64,000 nt of DNA. It comes from a virus (lineage: Duplodnaviria; Caudoviricetes). Shown here in pieces: positions 20,805 through 28,371 of the stretch (its first letter is position 1; each line of letters opens with the position of its first letter). The stretch is taken from the IMG/VR virus record IMGVR_UViG_3300032007_000028. One strand, written 5' to 3'. Position numbers and translations under genes: made by a program. The notes beneath the pieces were generated by a model that made no database searches, was not told the DNA's origin, and was given only the letters and a program-made list of their open reading frames with translations.

Positions 20805-23519
20805 TCAGCCTTCTATCTCGACGACTTCTTCTTTTTCGTCTTCAACGTGTTTTTCGTCTTCAGCATGTTCTTCGCCGTGTGCGCCGTCTGCTTGCTCTAC
20901 GCCTTCTTCGTGGCCCTTTGCGACGTCTTCCGCCGCTTTGGAATCAACTACGTCGACGGCTTTGCTGAGCTGACCCACATGCTTGTATTCCTCAGAACGA
21001 ATGTCATCTACGATTGCGAGAAGTTTAGCTTTGTCCTCTTCGCTGATGCTTCCACAGAAGTTTATGGCGTCCGTCAGACCATCATAGTTGTCTATTGCGT
21101 CGATTTCGTCCTTGACGTTGTCGCCAATCTGATTCTTGATGCTGGTCTTGGCGGCATCGTCTTCGATTCCCTCACCCATCATCGAGTGATTGAAAGCGGC
21201 CATATTCTTCTCGACATCGCCAGCATTCTTATTCACGTGACCGACTTGTTTGGATTTTCTGTCGTAGATGCTTTCGCGAACTACCGCGACGTCTTTGCCG
21301 TCTTCACCGTCTTTGACTTCGAACCAATATCTGTTGCCTTTGTATCTGACGTAACCACGTTGATTTACACCTGAAGTAGACGCGAGGAATCTGAATCCAC
21401 GAGGAAGTTTCTCGTCGTCAGCAAACGGCTTTATCTGACCGTCTTGAGTCAGTCTCGGCTTGAGTATCGCCTTTATTTCGTTCTCTTCGGATTCGTTGAT
21501 GCAACGGTCTTCGCCCAACTGAAGAGGACCGTCGCTCATGTGACGTTCTTCCTTCAAAGATTCTTGAAGTAATTCGTCCCAATGAGAAATGATATAATTA
21601 TACTCGTCATCACTAATCACTTTTTCTGAATTCAAACTTCTTAATTGATTTACTGCGAACTCAACGTCGCTTGTTTCGTCAACCTCTTCCCAATCAATTT
21701 GATTATTCAAAATGTCTTTGCATCTAACGACATCAATCTTATCTTCCTTCAAAGATTCGTCGAGACTGTCGCATTCTGCGCCCAACAGTTTCTTTAAACC
21801 TTTGTAGATGGTGAATGTATCCACGTATCTTGCGGGCATTCCATATAAGTCGTAGCTTGTCCAACTCTCAGCCTCTTTTTTGGCGGAATCCAAAATTTCC
21901 TGACGCTGTTCTTCTGACAATCTCTCCGGGTCGCCATACTCTTCGTCATCTTTCCAAACGATATTTGCGAACTTGTCTTCTATTAACTTGTACGTATCTT
22001 TGAACTGAACGCCTAAGCCTAACGGGTCTTCATCTCCGTAAATCCACCAGAATAAGTCTTCGAAAGACAATTCTCTGGCTTCGACTAGAGACCGATTCTC
22101 TTCCTTCAAAGATTCTTTTATCCTGCATTTGCGCTTGTGGTCTTTGCCCTTCTTCTCGTCGTCTTTCTTAAGAGACTCACACGTTTCCTTGGAAATGAAT
22201 GCAACCTCGCTCTTGTGCAACGAATGACCTCTACCAGATGCGATGTCGCTTCTGTTTTTGGAAACCCACAGATACGACCTATCCATTTCGTCTACGTCAG
22301 TGATGAAGTATTCTTCGCCGTCTTTGGTGATGACCTTCTTACCAACTTCGATGCGCTGATACGGATTGTCGAGATTGCCTTTGAACTTCTCGTAGCCAGC
22401 GGGAGGTTCGTCCAAGCCCTCTTTGATTTTCCCTTCTTCGTCTTCGCATGCACCGAAAACGTCGAGACTGATGTCGTCCCATTCACGACCGTTGATGAGA
22501 TAACTGTTCTTCGCTTTTTCGTAAGCGTCTTCCATCTCTTCCTTCGTATCGTAAGTAAGTATGTCGAAGTCGCCGTTTTCGACGTATCTGACGGCTATTG
22601 CATATGTCTTCTTTTCTTCCTGAGGTTTTTCTTCTTTGGCTTCGACTATCTTATAGCCAGTTTCGCCATTTGATGCGGGACCCCATGCTACCGCCATCTC
22701 TGTGAGACCGTGTTTCTTCTTCAGTTCCTCGAAGCATTGGGCGAGTTCTTCTTTGTCCTCGTCGTTGAGATATTCCTCGTTTCCGTGAAAATCTATGAAG
22801 ATTTGCGCACCTTCGTAATAGCCTGGCTTGATTTCGAACTCGATGTCTTTCAAAATCTCACCACGTAAAGAAGTGTCTTCGTCTTCGCTATAGTAAAGTT
22901 TTGAGCCTTTGTCGTTGATTCTCTTCGTCATGTCGTAGAGGTCGTCTTCGAGTTCTTCGACTTCCCATTCGTCCAACGTACATACGCCGTTCGAATATTC
23001 GTCGAAGTGCTCGTTCATGAACGCCTCAAGATATTCGTCCCAATCGCCATCTTCGTCTTCGTCGTATTCGAATTTGGCCGCATCTTTTGCGGCATCGTAT
23101 ACGTTTTCGTAATCCATGAACACAAGCAAGGGAAGAAAATCGGCACCACCGTCGCCGTAGAAGTTAGACGTACCTTCGTTGAGCTGTTTGGCTTCCACCA
23201 GTTCGTCCTTTTTCTCCTCTTCGACGCTTTCGCACGCACAGCGAACTTTGTCGACGACCCAATCGATTGCGTTGGAGTCGTTCAGGTCTCCATCTGAGAA
23301 TTCGGAGAACAAATCATAGCCACAAAGAGCTTCGTTGATTGTCTCGAATTGCGGGAATTCCGATAAAACGGCCTTCGAATATCCGTGAACGTAGGGATTG
23401 AGAACGTCGTAGTTCTCCATAATCCCAAGACCATCCAGCTCGAAACCTTCGTCAATCAACGATTTACGAGTGTGTTCGAGTTTGGATTTCAATCTTTCGA
23501 ATCTGTCGATTTCTTTCAT
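20805..23519 (-). CDS. Acidic multi-module protein with C-terminal ferritin-like helical bundle (putative internal head polyprotein)
   Basis: Repeated ESLKE linkers; C-terminal DEIDAIDNYD...IRSEEYKHVGQL resembles a ferritin-like ExxH motif. Confidence 0.55.
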   Translation of the reverse strand: MKEIDRFERLKSKLEHTRKSLIDEGFELDGLGIMENYDVLNPYVHGYSKAVLSEFPQFETINEALCGYDLFSEFSDGDLNDSNAIDWVVDKVRCACESVEEEKKDELVEAKQLNEGTSNFYGDGGADFLPLLVFMDYENVYDAAKDAAKFEYDEDEDGDWDEYLEAFMNEHFDEYSNGVCTLDEWEVEELEDDLYDMTKRINDKGSKLYYSEDEDTSLRGEILKDIEFEIKPGYYEGAQIFIDFHGNEEYLNDEDKEELAQCFEELKKKHGLTEMAVAWGPASNGETGYKIVEAKEEKPQEEKKTYAIAVRYVENGDFDILTYDTKEEMEDAYEKAKNSYLINGREWDDISLDVFGACEDEEGKIKEGLDEPPAGYEKFKGNLDNPYQRIEVGKKVITKDGEEYFITDVDEMDRSYLWVSKNRSDIASGRGHSLHKSEVAFISKETCESLKKDDEKKGKDHKRKCRIKESLKEENRSLVEARELSFEDLFWWIYGDEDPLGLGVQFKDTYKLIEDKFANIVWKDDEEYGDPERLSEEQRQEILDSAKKEAESWTSYDLYGMPARYVDTFTIYKGLKKLLGAECDSLDESLKEDKIDVVRCKDILNNQIDWEEVDETSDVEFAVNQLRSLNSEKVISDDEYNYIISHWDELLQESLKEERHMSDGPLQLGEDRCINESEENEIKAILKPRLTQDGQIKPFADDEKLPRGFRFLASTSGVNQRGYVRYKGNRYWFEVKDGEDGKDVAVVRESIYDRKSKQVGHVNKNAGDVEKNMAAFNHSMMGEGIEDDAAKTSIKNQIGDNVKDEIDAIDNYDGLTDAINFCGSISEEDKAKLLAIVDDIRSEEYKHVGQLSKAVDVVDSKAAEDVAKGHEEGVEQADGAHGEEHAEDEKHVEDEKEEVVEIEG

Positions 23520-23559
23520 AAGAATCTCCTTGTTGTGTCTTTTATATTGTTTTATTTCC

Positions 23560-24270
23560 TTAGTCGACTGGATAGAACAGAGAATGATTCGTTCTCAATA
23601 TCTCGCGAAGTTCGGATAGTTCCCTGTCGCCTTCCTGAAGCATCGTCTCACCGTCTTGTTGCCACAGGGCGTTGCTTTGAGTGAATCTCGTTCTGATTCT
23701 GCCCAACGTCTTCTTGACCATCGCAATCGACAATCTCTGAAGAACGTCTATCCAGTATGGGCTTTTGATTTCGCTCACGTCTTCGAACAACGGTATGTAT
23801 TCGATTACGATTTTCGTCGGATAGTTGCCAGATACGTTTATGTACAGTTTCTGACCTTGCTTATCTTCCTTAAACGCCAAGTCCGTGCTGACAGAATTAC
23901 GTATCTGCAACACTGTATTATACGATGCATAGTTCAAAGCGAACTGATTTATGTTATACGTAACGTTGTTCATGCCGTACAAAGCCCACGTCTGTGCGTA
24001 CATCGGGTCTATCGTGCTACCGCTTCCAGACGCGCCACCGCCAATAGGCTCGGTTCTATACACGCTCTTTATGCTTGAACACTTGAAACCTGTCAGGTCG
24101 ATGCAACTAGAAAAAGGAACCTCGATGTATCTCGACTCGTCTATGTATCGCTGAATCTCCTTCAACGACTTCATAACGACCTTCGAAATAATCTCATCGC
24201 TGATTTCCAATTCGAGAACTCCACCAGTGAGTTCCAACTTTATCTCAGAAACGTATTCGCTTAATTCCAT
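23560..24270 (-). CDS. Neck/head-tail adaptor protein (T4 gp13-like)
   Basis: IKLELTGGVLELEI and LGRIRTRF...QDGETMLQEG motifs; start MELSEYV downstream of a late motif. Confidence 0.7.
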   Translation of the reverse strand: MELSEYVSEIKLELTGGVLELEISDEIISKVVMKSLKEIQRYIDESRYIEVPFSSCIDLTGFKCSSIKSVYRTEPIGGGASGSGSTIDPMYAQTWALYGMNNVTYNINQFALNYASYNTVLQIRNSVSTDLAFKEDKQGQKLYINVSGNYPTKIVIEYIPLFEDVSEIKSPYWIDVLQRLSIAMVKKTLGRIRTRFTQSNALWQQDGETMLQEGDRELSELREILRTNHSLFYPVD

Positions 24271-24337
24271 GAAAAACAGTTCGACAACAATTATGTCATC
24301 AAATTTAGCAATTATCGAAAAAGAAAAGCACCTTACG

Positions 24338-25093
24338 GCGCTCCCTTCGGCTTTTTGCAGAAACCTAACTGACATCCTTTGCGAATTTCACGACTGTGGG
24401 TAGAAACTCGTTAAATCCCCTTGCACTCTTTCACCTGCATGGCGATAGGATTACCTTCACGCGTCAATCCTATAAAGAGGTCTGGTCTATCTGGCAGAAC
24501 GATGCTGTCTTGCCGTGCGTGAGACTGCCCGCACGTCGCGATTTGAGTTCTCGCGACAAGAACACTCGCAGAGGTTTAACGTCTTCGTGCCGACGTGTGC
24601 ATCATGCCAGCCGAAGCGGGCGGTGGATGCACTGCTAAGCAGAGGGTTTTACCTCTGTAAGAACAACGATGCGCTATTCAATGCCGATTCCCATTCACGC
24701 ATCAACAACCCACCATAATTATGCAGTCTGTCTGCTTTTCAATCGGAAGGTTCTTCACTGACCCTGCGACTAGGGCAATCGCTATTCAGATTCGAGACAG
24801 CCACGTCTCTTGGGTGAGGGAACATTAAGGGTGTTTTGCATACGCACAACAGTTATAAGTGCGTCGCTAACTCCTGCCCACGCTGTACTGAAAGACTCTT
24901 TTTCTGGTGCCTTGCTGCCATACCTGGTTTGCTCGTGGTCGTGGGTATCCAGTTCCCATGATTCCCGCTCATCGTACAGCCACGTATACGATGAACATCA
25001 GGCTAAGACGACGACGTATCTGTCGACGAATACTCGGTTTAGCGACATGGGCAGGTCGTGTGACATCAAGCTTTCGCAAGATGCAGGGAGCAC
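24338..25093 (-). ncRNA. Large highly structured non-coding RNA (GOLLD/ROOL-like in size and context, or novel)
   Basis: About 750 nt with no credible ORF; nested 5'/3' closing helices and at least 10 local hairpins; terminator-like hairpin and U-tract at the 3' end. Confidence 0.75.
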
Positions 25094-25111
25094 ACTCGTT
25101 TTATCAATTGA

Positions 25112-25453
25112 TTAAAACCAACTGAGGAATAGAGGTTCGAACCCATCACCGAATTCGATTTTAGGTTCACTCCCGTTCTCGCTGACGTAAGTCATGTGAT
25201 ATCCACCATAGTCTTTGGCGAATTCGTCACGTAACTCAACCCAGCTATCATAAGCCTCACGCAACTTAGTCGCGTATTCGGCTTTGACGTCTTCGTATGC
25301 CTTGTAAGCTTTCGCAACTTCTTCGGCACGCTGTTTCTTCTCAGCCTTCTTCTTTTGTTCTGCGGATTCTAATTCCGCCAACTTCTTTTCGTCGGCTTCG
25401 AGTTCTTTGACAGTTTTGTAAGACTTGCCGGTCTTTTCACTCAAATACAACAT
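25112..25453 (-). CDS. Coiled-coil hypothetical protein immediately upstream of the ncRNA
   Basis: Strong SD (AAGGAGG); 113 aa, K/E/A-rich. Confidence 0.7.
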   Translation of the reverse strand: MLYLSEKTGKSYKTVKELEADEKKLAELESAEQKKKAEKKQRAEEVAKAYKAYEDVKAEYATKLREAYDSWVELRDEFAKDYGGYHMTYVSENGSEPKIEFGDGFEPLFLSWF

Positions 25454-25563
25454 AGTAACCCTCCTTTTGGTTTTTCAGAGACGTCGGTCGACGGCTCCCT
25501 ACCCAATCGGCAGGCGTCTTTGTTGTTCAGAGTCACGATACGTCTTTCGCATCGTGTCATTAT

Positions 25564-25593
25564 ATTATACAATCACATCAGGTGACTATACAA
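25564..25593 (-). promoter_or_regulatory. Sigma70-type promoter (TTGTAT-18-TATAAT) for the 113-aa gene and ncRNA
   Basis: Direct match; followed by a hairpin-rich leader of about 100 nt. Confidence 0.55.
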
Positions 25594-25664
25594 TCTAATT
25601 TTTGAGAACGAGTCTTTTATCACTCGCTCATTACTTTAGCACGAGTAATTTTCAATTTTTGAAA

Positions 25665-26300
25665 CTACTCTTCTTCCTCTACTTCGACTTCTTCCTCTTC
25701 GCCGGATTCATCGCTATGATAGTTCTCACGAAGGTCTTCGACAATCACATAGACATCGTTGTAGAATTCTTCAACTGCTTCATCCCAATTGGCATCTTGA
25801 GGAGACTGATACTGCTTCATGATTTCCCACAGGTCTTCGGTGTAGATGAGTGAGTCGTCGATAGCTTGAATGATAGCGTCATGAAGTTCGTCTTCGTCTT
25901 CGACATAGATGTCTTCGATTCTATCGATGACGTTTTCGATGATGTCGACGAGTTCGAACGAGGCGCTGTAATCGAAATGTTTGCCGATTGCGGAACGGAT
26001 TTCGCTTGCGCTGAGTTCTTCTTTGAGTTGTTCTTTCATGTTATTTACCTCTTGAGTATATTCTATCATGCTCCTGGCTTCAGTCAAGTACTTTTTCGCA
26101 GATTCAAGATTTTCGAAGAATCTTTCCGATTTGCCTGTACCTTTGTCGCAGTCATAGCCGTCGAGAACGGATACACCAGCCTCAGCATCTTCGCAGATAA
26201 CGGATTTGATGTTGTCGTTGTTATCACCATAATATTCGACAATGCGCTTCTTATCCGCGGTTTCGAACAGATGTCTTTGTTTTGAAGTTTCAATAATCAT
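25665..26300 (-). CDS. Two-module protein with C-terminal Ocr (T7 gp0.3)-like acidic DNA mimic
   Basis: DEDELHDAIIQAIDDSLIYTEDLWEIM resembles Ocr [28 protein letters not shown]; very acidic tail. Confidence 0.55.
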   Translation of the reverse strand: MIIETSKQRHLFETADKKRIVEYYGDNNDNIKSVICEDAEAGVSVLDGYDCDKGTGKSERFFENLESAKKYLTEARSMIEYTQEVNNMKEQLKEELSASEIRSAIGKHFDYSASFELVDIIENVIDRIEDIYVEDEDELHDAIIQAIDDSLIYTEDLWEIMKQYQSPQDANWDEAVEEFYNDVYVIVEDLRENYHSDESGEEEEVEVEEEE

Positions 26301-26318
26301 ATTTCGAGATACCTCTTT

Positions 26319-28061
26319 TTAATTTAGCGTGGGGTTTCCTTCTATTGTGAGAAAATCGTCGATTGGCATATGCGACAGTTTTTCATTGCCGACACTGCAG
26401 TATTCTTGCTTTTTGCCAACTATAGGCCCATCTTTGACGACTGTCACATAGTCGATTGACGGAGCGTTTTCGGCAACCGTTTTCCAAATTGAATCGAACC
26501 AATTAACTTTGCTGTCGACGGGTATTCTGAAGTATATCTCGCCATTGTCGCCACCGTACGCATATTTTATATTAGACGTACGCACGCGACAGAACTCTTC
26601 GTTCGTCTTTCTAGAAAGTTCTTCGAACAGGGACTTCGCTTCTTCGTTGGTCTTGTCTTCTAGGCTTTCGAATTTGCTTACGAGAGAAGCGATATCTTCC
26701 CTTTTCGTATTCTCTCTGAACCATTCGAGAAAGCCAGAATGTCTGTTCAACAACTCATTCAGATTCTTCTCATAAGACGCTTCTTTGAACATCTCTATAT
26801 AAGGATGGACGGAACCACATTCCAGAAGCTTGCCATCGTTGCGCAACATATATGGGGTATTCGATTTCAACATAGGTTCTTTCTTATTCTCGGTCAACGA
26901 CTTGAATCTCTCGTCCTCGTCATTGCCGTACAGACCGAACGAGAATGCGACGCCATTGGGCAACAAAGTGTATCCATCGCACGACTTCGCCAACGCATCG
27001 AATATAACGTTCGATGTGGTATATGTTTCGGAATATCTGTCGTCTTTTTCGTCTTTCTTATCGTGACTCGTAGTCTTCAGCTTTTTGCCCTTTGAGAACG
27101 AGAACGTGATGAAACTGTCCTGCGCAAGGGCGTTGGCAAGTTCCTCTGACGTCGTTTCATTCGGTCTTTCGATGATATACGTATCTGGATTTGCATCGCC
27201 AAGATAATAACCGGATACGCGAAGGCCATTGTTCTCCACATACGACACAGCGTTGTCATACGCGTCTTTGTTGTCGTCTCTTTTCTTTTCGTTGTGCTCG
27301 TCGACGTTCGTGGCAAGAATGACGTACTCTTCGCCAAATTTGACGTCTATGTGTTTGGACAATTCGTAGAAAAAACGTTTTGCGTTGTCGATGACCATCT
27401 GCTCTGAAAGACGCTCCAACGAAAGCTGACGAGACTTCAGCTTCTTCGATAAATCCTTCAATTCGTCCAAATAACCGAGATTGCGCATCTCCTTGAACAC
27501 GAGATTGCCGATGCCGAATTCTCCGTCTTTGGCGATTGATTCCTTACGCAAATCGTATAGGTCTTCGATGAAGTCGTAAATCTCTTCGTAAAGGTCATCT
27601 TCTTGCGTCGACTGCTTCGATTCATATAAAGACAACGGTATATTTCGTTCTTTGACGAAGTCGATGATTTTTTTCTTCATATCGTCTGGGATGACACCCA
27701 ATGACTTAAACTCGGAATTGTGTATGATGTCGTAAGCGGACCAATTCTTGCTTTCGTTTTTCTTAAGTCTGCGGTCTGAAATGAAGAAACCAGTAGGCTT
27801 TGCGAGATTCGTGCCTTTCAACTCTCCCAAAGAAAACGACAAAAAATCATCTATGTCTTTATACTTTTCGACTTGGGAAGTACCATGAATGAAAATCGGA
27901 TACACGTCTTTCAGAGAAAAGTCTTTGTCTTCGAAGTCTTCCGCATCATACGCGGGGTCGAGTATGATTACTGGACGACGCTTCGCAGGCGGGTCGTATT
28001 TATGGTCGTTCGGTACCTTGCAAATCAATAATTCGAAGGGCTTTAATACATAGTCTTTCAT
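26319..28061 (-). CDS. Multi-module protein: PemK/MazF-like N-domain, NTase C-terminal helical fragment and two unknown modules
   Basis: AKRRPVIIL; DLYDLRKESIAKDGEFGIGNLVFKEMRNLGYLD; linkers LYES, LSEQ, LTEN. Confidence 0.55.
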   Translation of the reverse strand: MKDYVLKPFELLICKVPNDHKYDPPAKRRPVIILDPAYDAEDFEDKDFSLKDVYPIFIHGTSQVEKYKDIDDFLSFSLGELKGTNLAKPTGFFISDRRLKKNESKNWSAYDIIHNSEFKSLGVIPDDMKKKIIDFVKERNIPLSLYESKQSTQEDDLYEEIYDFIEDLYDLRKESIAKDGEFGIGNLVFKEMRNLGYLDELKDLSKKLKSRQLSLERLSEQMVIDNAKRFFYELSKHIDVKFGEEYVILATNVDEHNEKKRDDNKDAYDNAVSYVENNGLRVSGYYLGDANPDTYIIERPNETTSEELANALAQDSFITFSFSKGKKLKTTSHDKKDEKDDRYSETYTTSNVIFDALAKSCDGYTLLPNGVAFSFGLYGNDEDERFKSLTENKKEPMLKSNTPYMLRNDGKLLECGSVHPYIEMFKEASYEKNLNELLNRHSGFLEWFRENTKREDIASLVSKFESLEDKTNEEAKSLFEELSRKTNEEFCRVRTSNIKYAYGGDNGEIYFRIPVDSKVNWFDSIWKTVAENAPSIDYVTVVKDGPIVGKKQEYCSVGNEKLSHMPIDDFLTIEGNPTLN

Positions 28062-28078
28062 CTGTTCACCCCACTTAG

Positions 28079-28318
28079 TTACCAGTCGGCCTCGTCCTCT
28101 ACGCTCGCGAACGAATCGTCATCTGGTTCTTCGATTGAATCGTTTCTGCGAAGCGATTCCATATATGCGATGTTCAATTGACGACGATATGACTCTTCGT
28201 CAGAATACGACTCTTTGAGCGACTTCAAAGATTCGACGAATTTAATCAACTCGTCGTCGGTCATCGATTTAACCTTCTCGACAATCTTCGAATATCTCTT
28301 TTCGTTTTTATCAATCAT
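28079..28318 (-). CDS. Small acidic helical protein (antitoxin-like)
   Basis: 79 aa; SD GAGGTG; own sigma70 promoter; directly precedes a PemK-like domain. Confidence 0.55.
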   Translation of the reverse strand: MIDKNEKRYSKIVEKVKSMTDDELIKFVESLKSLKESYSDEESYRRQLNIAYMESLRRNDSIEEPDDDSFASVEDEADW

Positions 28319-28342
28319 AACGTCACCTCTACTCTAGCATAA

Positions 28343-28371
28343 ATTATATAAGCACGTTTCTTGCGTGTCAA
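28343..28371 (-). promoter_or_regulatory. Consensus sigma70 promoter TTGACA-17-TATAAT
   Basis: Perfect consensus; the -35 box overlaps the TGA stop of the upstream ORF. Confidence 0.8.

Noticed and set aside
24338-25093. tmRNA, RNase P, or group I/II intron identity for the large RNA
   Set aside because: No tRNA-like ends or CCA, no recognisable RNase P P4 motif, no P7 or domain V signatures seen, and no interrupted host gene; not formally excluded without a covariance search
24396-25125. Short plus-strand ORFs in the 24.3-25.1 kb gap
   Set aside because: No RBS and atypical composition; the region is better explained as structured RNA
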